Position numbers and translations under genes: made by a program. The notes under the pieces are model-generated. The model saw nothing but the letters and a program-made list of their open reading frames with translations. It did not search any database and was not told the DNA's origin. Shown one piece after another: positions 50,601-60,989 of a DNA stretch of 64,000 bases. The stretch spans positions 62,001-126,000 of the forward strand of contig JASTWF010000364.1 in NCBI GenBank assembly GCA_030390025.1, written 5' to 3'. How positions within the stretch are numbered: the stretch's first letter is position 1; each line of letters begins with the position of its first letter. The stretch comes from Squalus acanthias. Taxonomy: Eukaryota.

Positions 50601-53600
50601 GGCGAGTGTGAATGGGGCGAGTGTGAACAGGCCGGGTGTGAATGGGGCGAGTGTGAATGGGGCGAGTGTGAATCGGGCGGGTGTGAATCGGGCAGGTGTG
50701 AATGGGGTGAGTGTGAATGGGGCGAGTGTGAACGGGGCGGGTGTGAATGGGGCGAGTGTGAATGGGGCGAGTGTGAACGGGGCGGGTGTGAATGGGGCAA
50801 GTGTGAATGGGGCGAGTGTGAATGGGGCAGGTGTGAATGGGGCGAGTGTGAATGGGGCGAGTGTGAATGGGGCAGGTGTGAATGGGGCAGGTGTGAATGG
50901 AGCGAGTGTGAACGGGGCGGGTATGAATGGGGCGAGTGTGAACGGGGCGGGTGTGAATCGGGCGGGTGTGAATGGGGCGGGTGTGAATTGGGCGGGTGTA
51001 AACGGGGCGGGTGTGAATGGGGCGAGTGTGAATGTGGCGAGTGTGAACGGGGCGGGTGTGAATCAGGCGGGTGTGAATCGGACGAGTGTGAATCGAGCAG
51101 GTGTGTATGGGGCGGGTGTGAATCGGGCGAGTGTGAATGGGGCGGTGTGAATGGGGCGGGTGTGAATCGGGCGAGTGTGAATCGAGCGGGTGTGTATGGG
51201 GCGGGTGTGAATCGGGCGGGTGTGAATCGGGTGGGTGTGAATGGGGCGGGTGTGAATCGGGTGAGTGTGAATGGGGCGAGTGTGAATCAAGCGGCTGTGA
51301 ATCGGGCGAGTGTGAATTGGGCGGGTGTGAATGGGGCAGGTGTGAATCGGGCGAGTGTGAATGGGGCGAGTGTGAACGGGGCGAATGTGAATGGTGCAAG
51401 TGTGAACGGGGCGGGTGTGAATCGGGCGGGTATGAATCGAGCGGGTGTGAATGGGGTGAGTGTGAATCGGGCGGGTGTGAATGGGGCGGGTGTGAATCGG
51501 GCAAGTGTGAACGGGGCGGGTGTGAATGGGGCGAATGTGAATCGGGCGGGTGTGAATTGGGCAAGTGTGAATGGGGCGAGTGTGAACGGGGCGAGTGTGA
51601 ATGGGGCGAGTGTGAACGGGGCGAGTGTGAATGGGCGAGTGTGAACGGGGTGGGTGTGAATCGGTTGGGTGTGAATCGGGTGAGTGTGAATGGGGCGAGT
51701 GTGAATGGGGTGGGTGTGAATGGGCCGAGTGTGAATGGGGCGAGTGTGAATGGGGCGGGTGTGAATCGGGTGAGTGTGAATGGGGCGAGTGTGAATCGAG
51801 CAGCTGTGAATTGGGCGAGTGTGAATCGGGCGAGCGTGAATGGGGCGGGTGTGAATCGCGCGAGTGTGAATCGGGCGGGTATGAATCGAGCGGGTGTGAA
51901 TGGGGCGAGTGTGAATCGGGTGAGTGTGAATCGGGCGGGCGTGAATGGGGCAGGTTTGAATCGGGCGAGTGTGAATGGGGTGGGTGTGAATCGGGCGGGT
52001 GTGAATGGGGCGAGTGTGAATGGGGCGAGTGTGAATGGGGTGGGTGTGAATCGGGCAGGTGTGAATGGGGCAGGTGTGAATGGGGCGAGTGTGAACGGGG
52101 CGAGTGTGAACGGGGCGGGTGTAAATCGGGCGGGTGTGAATCGAGCAGGTGTGAATGGGGCGAGTGTGAATCGGGCGGGTTTGAATGGGGTGGGTGTGAA
52201 TCGGGCAAGTGTGAACGGAGCGGGTGTGAATGGGGCGAGTGTGAATGGGGCGAGTGTGAACGGGGCGAGTGTGAATGGGGCGAGTGTGAATCGGGTGGGT
52301 GTGAATCGGGTGAGTGTGAATGGGGCGAGTGTGAATGGGGTGGGTGTGAATGGGCCGAGTGTGAATGTGGCGATTGTGAATGGGGCGGGTGTGAATCAGG
52401 TGAGTGTGAATGGGGCGAGAGTGAATGGGGCAAGTGTGAATGTGGCGAGTGTGAATCGGGTGAGTGTGAATCGGGTGAGTGTGAATGGGCCGAGTGTGAA
52501 TGGGGCGATTGTGAATGGGGCGGGTGTGAATGGGGCGAGTGTGAACGGGGCGGGTGTGAATGGGGCGAGTGTGAATCGGGTGAGTGTGAATCGGGCGGGT
52601 GTGAAGCGGGCGAGTGTGAATCGGGCGAGTGTGAACGGGGCGAGTATGAACGGGGCAAGTGTGAATCGGGCGGATGTGAATCGGACGGGTGTGTGAACGG
52701 GGCGAGTGTGAATGGGGCGAGTGTGAATGGGGCGGGTGTGATTCGGGTGCCTGTGAATGGGGTGAGTGTGAACGGGGCGAGTGTGAACGGGGCGGGTGTG
52801 AATCGGGCGGGTGTGAATCGAGCGGGTGTGAATGGGGCGGGTGTGAATGGGGCGAGTGTGAACGGGGCGGGTGTGAGTGGGGTGAGTGTGAATGGGGCGA
52901 GTGTGAACTGGGCCGAGTGTGAATGGGGCGAGTGTGAATCGGGCGGGTGTGAATGGGGCAGTTGTGAACGGGGCACCTGTGAACGGGGCAAGTGTGAATG
53001 GGCCGAGTGTGAATGGGGCGAGTGTGAATCGGGTGAGTGTGAATGGGGTGAGTGTGAACGGGGCGAGTGTGAACAGTGCGGGTGTGAAAGGGCCGAGTGT
53101 GAATGGGGCGAGTGTGAATCGGGCGGGTGTGAATGGGCCGAGTGTGAATCGGGCGGGTGTGAATCGGGTGAGTGTGAATCGGGCGGGTGTGAATGGGGCG
53201 AGTGTGAATCGGGCGGGTGTGAATGGGCCGAGTGTGAATCGGGCGGGTGTGAATGGGCCGAGTGTGAATCGGGTGAGTGTGAATCGGGCGGGTGTGAATG
53301 GGCCGAGTGTGAATGGGGCGAGTGTGAATCGGGCGGGTGTGAATGGGCCGAGTGTGAATGGGGCGGGTGTGAATGGGGCGGGTGTGAATCGGGCGGGTGT
53401 GAATAGGGCGGGTGTGTGAACGGGGCGGGTGTGAATCGGGCGAGTGTGAATGGGGCGGGTGTGAATGGGGCAAGTGTGAATCGGGTGGGTGTGAATCGGG
53501 CCGAGTGTGAATCGGGCGGGTGTGAATGGGGCGAGTGTGAATCGGGCGGGTGTCAATCGGGTGAGTGTGAATGGGGCGGGTGTGAATGGGGCGGGTGTGA

Positions 53601-53654
53601 ATGGGGCGAGTGTGAATGGGCCGAGTGTGAATGGGGCGGGTGTGAATCGGGCGG
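14657..53654 (+). repeat. ~39-kb tandem array of a 15-bp unit, consensus GTGTGAAT(G/C)GGGCG(A/G), about 2600 copies, with higher-order structure
   Basis: Continuous 15-nt periodicity with occasional 14-, 17- and 20-nt units and recurrent variant blocks. Confidence 0.99.
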
Positions 53655-54081
53655 CCGATGCAATATTCTTTGATATACGATGAATGGGTTTAGTTAGAAT
53701 CATCCCCCGGAAGTATAGTTATTTCCCTCTCTCCATCTTGTTCTCTGTCTGTCTTTCTCAGTATCTATCTGTGTCTGTTTTTTTTCTTTCTCTGTCTTTC
53801 TCTGTCTTTCTGTGCGTGAGAAGAGAATAAAAACAGAGAAAGAAAGAAAAATCGGGAGACAGACAGAGAGCGATAGTGACACAGAAAGACCAAGATATGG
53901 AGAAAGCGGGGAGAGAAATTGACAGAGAAGAGAGGACAGAAAGGGAAACGGATGGCGGCGGAGCCAGAGATAACAATCATCACCTCACAAGAGGCTCCAG
54001 TAATCCTTGGACAGGGCTCCGATGGGAGCAGTTTTCCTGACACTGCTTTTCCCTCTGACAATGTTTTTGGAACTTCCACAG

Positions 54082-54229
54082 ATCGGCACCACAATGGATG
54101 TTTCCGGGCGGGCAGGACGATGAGGATTCAGGCCGTGCCAATCCCGCTACAGCACCGCGTCACCTGGGGCTGGAGGCAGCGTCGCTGCGGAGCGCAATCA
54201 ATAGCGAGAGTCAGCTCGTCAGCTTTTGA
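54082..54229 (+). CDS. Candidate terminal coding exon of an unidentified host gene (SAPQWMFPGGQDDEDSGRANPATAPRHLGLEAASLRSAINSESQLVSF*)
   Basis: Branch-point-like CTGAC (54055-54059), pyrimidine tract and CCACAG acceptor (AG at 54080-54081), CpG-rich unique sequence, TGA at 54227-54229, AATAAA at 54299-54304. The frame is uncertain: another frame stays open to 54293. Confidence 0.45.
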
Positions 54230-54298
54230 TGACAGGGTCTCGGTACGAGCAGCAGGGGTACTGTTGATTTGTTACTTGGTGGCGTGTGTGTGATATGT

Positions 54299-54304
54299 AA
54301 TAAA
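54299..54304 (+). terminator. Candidate polyadenylation signal AATAAA for the putative terminal exon
   Basis: 70 nt downstream of the putative stop codon. Confidence 0.4.
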
Positions 54305-54646
54305 CAGATGTCATGTGCCATGTGAAACTCGAGCTGCTCCAAGCCAGCCAGTCACATTGCAGGAATTCCCAGGCTAAGCTTCCAGTTTGTGGTTCCCCAA
54401 ATTCCCGGTCTCTTCACTAACAGGGGCAGCTCATGACTTTGAAGTCAATGGAAATAAAAACTGAGAGAGATGGAAACGGAGCTGCCGATTCGATTCTCCC
54501 ATTTAACACAATGGCACAAAAGTATGATCGACCCCGACAGTCTCAGCACAAGAGCATTCCTTTTTTGTAACGATTTTTTTTTTGCGTGAAATTTGTGTTC
54601 ATCAAGGTGAGTGTTGTTACTGCTGGGCAAAGGAACACCAGCGGAA

Positions 54647-55279
54647 CCATCAAACACTCCCAGGGCAGGTACAGCATCGGTTAGATACAGAGTAAAGCTC
54701 CCTCTACACTGTCCCATCAAACACTCCCGGGGCAGGTACAGCACGGGTTAGATACAGAGTAAAGCTCCCTCTACACTGTCCCATCAAACACTCCCAGGGC
54801 AGGTACAACGCGGGTTAGATACAGAGTAAAGCTCCCTCTACACTGTCCCATCAAACACTCCCAGGGCAGGTACAGCACGGGTTAGATACAGAGTAAAGCT
54901 CCCTCTACACTGTCACCATCAAACACTCCCAGGGCAGGTACAGCATGGGTTAGATACAGAGTAAAGCTCCCTCTACACTGTCCCATGAAACACTCCCAGG
55001 GCAGGTACAGCACGGGTTAGATACAGAGTAAAGCTCCCTCTACACTGTCCCATCAAACACTCCCAGGGCAGGTACAGCATGGGTTAAACACAGAGTAAAG
55101 CTCCCTCTACACTGGCCCCATCAAACACTCCCAGGGCAGGTACAGCACGGGTTAGATACAGAGTAAAGCTCCCTCTACACTGTCCCATCAAACACTCCCA
55201 GGGCAGGTACAGCACGGGTTAGATACAGAGTAAAGCTCCCTCTACACTGTCCCATCAAACACTCCCAGGGCAGGTACAG
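54647..55279 (+). repeat. 67-bp minisatellite, ~9.4 copies (CCATCAAACACTCCCAGGGCAGGTACAGCACGGGTTAGATACAGAGTAAAGCTCCCTCTACACTGTC)
   Basis: Units start at 54647, 54714, 54781, 54848, etc.; near-identical copies. Confidence 0.97.
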
Positions 55280-56092
55280 GTCCCCTTCCAGCCAGTGTGT
55301 CATTTTTCCTGTCCGATGGAGGTGTTCATGTTATTAGCAATTAATGTTGATCAGGTGTGAACCTGAGCTGTGGTAAGGACATGGATGGAGACTGGCCCAC
55401 TTTTATTTCAGGGCGATGCCTTGGAGCCAACAAACAGAGGAGGCCCTCACTCCCGAATCACACCCTGATTCACAGAAGCAATTAGAGCTGGTATTATACA
55501 GGAGAAACATTGCACGTTCAGCAAATGGAGTGCTCTCATGTAAATAGAAGCATTTATTAAACACGTAAAATTAATCTCTTGTAATTAGAGATCGGAGTCA
55601 GTAAGTGCAGTATGATTGCAAACAAGGGAGGAGAAATATAAGGCAAAGGAGATTTCAATTATCTGCCTTGCTGCAGTCTTTATACTTTTTAAAGTTTGAA
55701 TGAAACTTAAAGAGATCCTTGCCAGAATCTTCACAGAGCACAGCACGGGACCTGGTAGAATGAGGGAACGGGTGAGTCGCTCCTTAAAAACCGGGACAGA
55801 TGAAGTCAAGTTTAAGTGTAAATCGGGTGGAGCCGCGCACTGCGGTTTGAAACGAGTTAAATTAAAATTTATTGGCGTCATTACAGTGTGGGAGAAATAG
55901 AACATTAATCGGAGCAGGTTTGTGAAAAGACTGCACTGGGAGTGTCAGCACAGAGCGGAGTGGTCAGAGTGTTGGGAGCCAGGATCGGGGAGCTTCCTTC
56001 ATCGTCACATCGAGGACCAAGGTGCTGAAATAACAACAGAAAACGCTGGAAAAACTCAGCAGGCCAGGCAGCATCCGTGGAGAGAGAAACAG

Positions 56093-56130
56093 AGTTAACG
56101 TTTCAGGTCGAAGACCCTTCGTCAGAACTG
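56093..56130 (-). ncRNA. Minimal type I hammerhead ribozyme motif (mirror copy on the minus strand)
   Basis: Exact reverse complement of 56147-56184. Confidence 0.72.
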
Positions 56131-56146
56131 GAAAAAAGCAGGAAAG

Positions 56147-56184
56147 CAGTTCTGACGAAGGGTCTTCGACCTGAAACGTTAACT
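56147..56184 (+). ncRNA. Minimal type I hammerhead ribozyme motif
   Basis: cAGTT-CTGACGA-AGGGTC-TTC-GACCT-GAAA-CGTT-AACT: CUGANGA and GAAA cores, stem II GGUC/GACC, palindromic AACGUU stem III, GUU cleavage triplet, stem I AGUU/AACU. Confidence 0.75.
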
Positions 56185-56524
56185 CTGTTTCTCTCTCCAC
56201 GGATGCTGCCTGGCCTGCTGAATTTTTCCAGCGTTTTCTGTTGTTATTTCGGATTTCCAGCATCCGCAGTATTTTGCTATCGTACCAAGGTGCTGATACT
56301 TGTTGGGGCACCCATGGGTGCTGGTTGTCCTCCACTACCTCACCCAGGTGACCATTCCTCTCGTGTGAGTCGAGGCAGTGAGTGTCACGTTGCTGTTTTA
56401 TCCTCAGCCAGACATAATCCTCTCCTCAACAGATATCCATAGTTGTTGCGTTTTTTTAAGGACAGCATTCCGAAGCAAGACTCCTGCCTAATCTTTGCCT
56501 TCCAAACCAGGGTGCTCACCATCA

Positions 56525-57445
56525 GCAGTGGCTCAGTGGGCAGCACTCTCGCTCTGAGTCAGATGGTCGTCGGTTCAAGCCCCACTCCAGAGGCTTGAGT
56601 ACAGAATCCAGGCTGACACTCCCAGTGCAGTTCTGAGGGAGCGCTGCACTGTCGGAGGGGCAGTACTGAGGGAGTGCTGTACTGTCGGAGGGGCAGTACT
56701 GAGGGAGTGCTGCACTGTCGGAGGGGCAGTACTGAGGGAATGCTGCACTGTCGGAGAGGCAGTACTGAGGGAGCGCTGCACTGTTGGAGGGGCAGTACTG
56801 AGGGAGCGCTGCACTGTCAGAGGGGCAGTACTGAGGGAGGGCAGTACTGAGGGAGTGCTGCACTGTCGGAGGGGCAGTACTGAGGGAGTGCTGCACTGTT
56901 GGAGGGGCAGTACTGAGGGAGTGCTGCACTGTCGGAGGGGCAGTACTGAGGGAGCGCCGCACTGTCGGAGGGGCAGTACTGAGGGAGTGCTGCACTGTTG
57001 GAGGGGCAGTACTGAGGGAGTGCTGCACTGTTGGAGGGGCAGTACTGAGGGAGCGCTGCACTGTCGGAGGGTCAGTACTGAGGGAGTGCTTCACTGTCGG
57101 AGGGTCAGTACTGAGGGAGTGCTTCACTGTCGGAGGGTCAGTGGTGCCGTCTTTCAGATGAGACGTTAAATTGAGGTCCTGTCTGCCCTCTCAGATGGAC
57201 GTAAAAGATCCCATGGCACTATTTCGAAGAAGAGCAGGGGAGTTCTCCCCGGTGTCCTGGCCAATATTTATCCCTCAACCAACATCACTGAAACAGATTA
57301 TCTGGCCATTATCACATTGCTGTTTGTGGGATCTTGCTGTGTGCAAATTGGCTGCTGCGTTTCCTACATTACAACAGTGACTCCGCTTCAAAAGTACTTC
57401 ATTGGCTTTGGGATGTCCTGAGGTGGTGAAAGGCAAGTTCTTTCT
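56525..57445 (+). mobile_element. tRNA-derived DeuSINE-like SINE with an internal tandem expansion
   Basis: Pol III A box TGGCTCAGTGG (56529-56539), B box GGTTCAAGCC (56572-56581), central domain and 3' tail shared with the copies at 7324-7550 and 57751-58141. Confidence 0.85.
56628..57142 (+). repeat. 33-bp minisatellite (CAGTACTGAGGGAGTGCTGCACTGTCGGAGGGG), ~15-16 copies, inside the SINE
   Basis: Directly visible tandem units; SINE sequence resumes at GGTGCCGTCTTTCAGATGAGACG. Confidence 0.95.
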
Positions 57446-57750
57446 GTTGAAGGACTGCTTTGAGTGCCAGCTGCTACCCTGAATGCGATTAACCATCCAA
57501 CAGCACCCGGGCGGGGATCAGAGCTGTGAATAGCCGGTTCTCTATGGCACAGGATCACACCACACTAACCCGCGCCCCACTGATTCACTCTTCAGAGGAT
57601 CACAGGGTGTGGAAGTGAAGCAGGAAAATAGCATTTACTGGTAATGTCGCCTCTCATTGAAAGCAATGGGAACAGAGAAATGATTGGAAACAGCAACACT
57701 ACCATCTGATGCCCTCTCCGTCAGTGAGAATGAGCAAGGCCATGTGTGAC

Positions 57751-58141
57751 AAAGAAAGAACAAGCTTGTATTTATATAGCACCTTTCACATCCTCAGGGT
57801 GTCCCAAAATGCTTCACAATGAACTACTTTTGACGCGCAGTTGTTATCTTGGCAAAGATGGCTGCTAATTTGCGGACAGCACGATACCAGAAACAGAAAA
57901 TGATGTGAATGGCTAGTTGTTGGTAGCGTTGGTTAAGGGAGGAATGTTCTTCAAATAGTGGCAAGGGATCGTTTATGTCAATCTGAGCAAACAGACCAGG
58001 CCTCTGTTTAAGATCTGACCCAAAAGGTGACACCTGCAACAATGCAGCACTCCCTCACTACTGCACCGAACTGTCACCCCAGATATGCTCAAGTCTTGGG
58101 GTGAGGCTTGAACCCACGACCATCTGACTCTGAACTGAGTC
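57751..58141 (-). mobile_element. Degenerate DeuSINE-like SINE
   Basis: Tail AAAGAAAG..CTTGTATTTATATAGCACCTTTCAC at left; B-box complement GCTTGAACCC and CTGACTCTGA at right; single copy of the GCAGCACTCCCTCA(C)TACTGCAC segment. Confidence 0.75.
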
Positions 58142-58529
58142 TACCTGACACCAGGCAGCTTCACTGGCCTCTTATTCTCTTACTGAGAGTGAGTGAGGGA
58201 GGGAGGGATCATTTTAACCACCGCGCCGGGCAGTAAAGGCTCAGGATTGGGTCTGCCGCCCGTGTTAAATGGAGAGTCGAATCGGGCAGGGTATAAAACT
58301 GGCAGCCTACCCGATCCCATCAGCTTCTCACCCAGCGTCACCACCCTCTCACTGTCCTAGCTACAGTCAGTGACACTGATGGAGCAAATACATTATAAAA
58401 AACATCAGTGATCTGTTTGTGTGATTGGGCCTTGGAGGTAGATTCAGTGCCATATCTGTGAGATGAATGAAATGGAACTCGTGTCAAAAGGCCACCAATA
58501 ATAGACTGAGACTTACCTCAAACTCATTT

Positions 58530-60480
58530 CAACACCACAATAAAATAACTCAATACAACAGAATCATCCAACAATATAATAACCCAACAATGGAGCAATC
58601 CATCACAGCAATAATCCAATATAATATTCAACCAGCAGAAGAATCAAGCAATAATCCATGGAAACGATGATCCGTCAATACAATGATCAAAACACAATCA
58701 AAATAATCGAATAAAATAATCAACCAAAACTATAATCCATGAAGACAATATACCAACAATGCAAGAATCGATCAAAACAACTATTTGTCAATAAATTACA
58801 ATTCTCATGAACAGAATAATTCAACAATTCAATAATCCAAGAATAAAACTCAAACCAACACTGGATTAAATCATCAATGCAATCATCTGATGCTGATGAC
58901 CACAACAATAACAACAACTTGCATTTATAGAGCGTCTTAATGTAGAAAAACATCCCAAGGTGCTCCACAGAAGCAGAAGGCAAACAATATGGAGGTCATG
59001 TCAAAGACCCTCCTTGATACCATTCTCTTTGTCAAGGGTTTGGTTCCATTAAGGGGAGATGAGGAGAAATGTTTTCACTCGGAGAGTTGTGGGGATCTGG
59101 GACGCTCGATCTGAAAAGGTGATGGAAGCTGATTCCATCAATAATTTTAAGAGGGAGTTGGACAGTTCTGGAGGATGAGGAGCTCACAGGGTTACGGACA
59201 AAAAGCGGGGATGTGGGACTGAGCACGACTGATCTTTCAAAGAGCCAGCACAGGCACGATGGGCCAAATGGCCTCCTTCTGTGCTGTAAGTTTCTATGAA
59301 TCTATGATCTCCCTCCTTGGCTCAGACTCCTTTACATTATGTCTTTGTGAAATGCCTTGGTACATTTTTAGATGTTAAAGGCACAATATAAATGAAATTG
59401 AGAGGCATTGGAGGAGGATGGTGTGGTTGACCATGTCACAGGGTACGAAGAGGAATAACATACCTATAGAATAATTCAACAAAACACTAATTGATCAAGG
59501 CAACAATAATCCAACAATACAATAATCCATCTTACAATAATACGACAACATAATGTAACTATCCAACATTGTAATGATCACAATATTCCATCAATTCAAT
59601 AATTCATCAATAATCCAATATTAAAATTCAATAGAATGCTACAATATATTATCCATCATAGAATCAATTCATACAAAATACATGAATGAAATAATATTAC
59701 AATTCAATAACCCATCGATAGTCTCGTAATACAAAATCCAATGTAATAATCCATCCATATATTAATCCAGTGGTATAACATTCCACTAATACAATCATTT
59801 AATACATTAACCCATGAATTCAAAGACCCAACAATTGAATAATTCAATCTAGTATAAGAAAACAGTCCTGTGACAATCCGACAGTACAATGTCATAACCC
59901 GTCAATAGTCCAGCAATAAAGTAACACCACAATGAAAGACTCTGGCTATATAAATTGATTGCAGAATAGTGAACAGATACATCAATCTAGTCCTGGAATT
60001 ATACATATTGCACCGGGAATGAGAAACGAATGCAGTAATGGCACACAGCAGTACGATCATAAAATGACAATGTAACATAATTCTACTGTAACAACCCACA
60101 GAACAATATCACGATACAGTGAGACAATACAGGAACAGCCACAAATAACACAATACTGAGAACAAGTCGACCAGAGTCTCGGCAATACAACACCGCAGCA
60201 AAATGGCTGAATCATGTATTATAGCAATAAGAGATGAAATACATTGTTATAATGACATATCACACTTATAGTTTAATACAATAAGCCAGTAATGCAACAA
60301 TATAGTAATAGAGTCACACTGTGCCACGACAAACTCATATAATTATACAGCACAATTATATTGCATAACACAACACATCAAAGCACTGTAAAAACACAAT
60401 GGAACACGAGACAATCAAGAACCAATACTTTAGTAGCACTGTACAGTACCAGAATGATGACTAAACAATGAACCAGTCTA
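58530..60480. repeat. Degenerate A/C-rich low-complexity region (CAAT/AAT-like units) containing old retroposon fragments
   Basis: Strong A+C strand bias, recurrent AATAATCCA/ACAATA motifs; SINE tail fragments at ~58903-58975 and ~59345-59398. Confidence 0.6.
59050..59308 (+). mobile_element. Old CR1 3'-end fragment
   Basis: GAGATGAGGAGAAATGTTTTCACTCGGAGAGTTGTG (EMRRN.FT.RVV-like), 3' UTR GGGCCAAATGGCCTCCTTCTGTGCTGTAA and tail TTCTATGAATCTATGA. Confidence 0.8.
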
Positions 60481-60989
60481 ACAATAGAACAATGGAATAC
60501 GAGGAGGCCATTTGACTCATCAAGCACACTCTGATGAGAAACCATGAACTCTCCCCAAACCACTAAACCGCCATGGGAAATCCTCCAATGAGACAAAACA
60601 CCTTCAATCTCTCTGACTCCCAACGGTAACTGAACAAAACCCTGGGACATTAAACCATGCAAGCCCCATTTCCAACTCTGGCCATTTTCCATCCAGATGA
60701 CTCCACTATGGCCCAGTGATGTTCAAACATCATATTGCAGGGCGTATTTGATCATCTACCTCTGGTATTAGTCCTTCTATCTTCATTCCTGTGGTTAACC
60801 CCACATATTTATACAAAGGGAGTTAATCCACACAAAATAAATTGCTTCTGCTGGGAATATAATCCACATCTGGGAGACAATCGTTTCCTAATCTCTACAG
60901 ACACTTAAAACGTGTCAGTTTAATCCTTTGCCCCGGCACTTTTTATTGACTCGTTCATGGGATGTTGTTGAACTGCTGCGGTCTTTGTA

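Larger units (their letters stand above)
56029..56283. mobile_element. Penelope-like-element-derived inverted-repeat insertion flanked by a 13-bp target-site duplication
   Basis: 104-bp arms 56027-56130 and 56147-56250 (1 mismatch) with a 16-nt spacer; TSD ACCAAGGTGCTGA at 56016-56028 and 56284-56296; hammerhead cores in both arms. Confidence 0.8.

Noticed and set aside
14657..53654. CRISPR array, telomeric repeat or immunoglobulin switch region
   Set aside because: No unique spacers or cas genes and a eukaryotic context; no TTAGGG; lacks the AGCT-rich pentamers of switch regions.
14629..53703. Huge ORFs (up to 2643 aa) of VNGAS, CEWGE, FTPAP, HSHSP and IHTRP pentapeptides, superficially mucin-, keratin-associated- or antifreeze-like
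   Set aside because: A 15-nt unit is a multiple of 3 and lacks stops in five of six frames, so long ORFs arise automatically on both strands. 14-, 17- and 20-nt units switch frames freely, and there is no signal peptide or unique domain.
53725..53945. Pyrimidine-rich then purine-rich tracts forming a loose inverted repeat
   Set aside because: Low complexity; pairing is expected by chance between CT- and GA-rich tracts.
55964..57169. ORFs over the hairpin and the 33-bp repeat
   Set aside because: By-products of the inverted repeat and of a 33-nt (multiple of 3) tandem unit.
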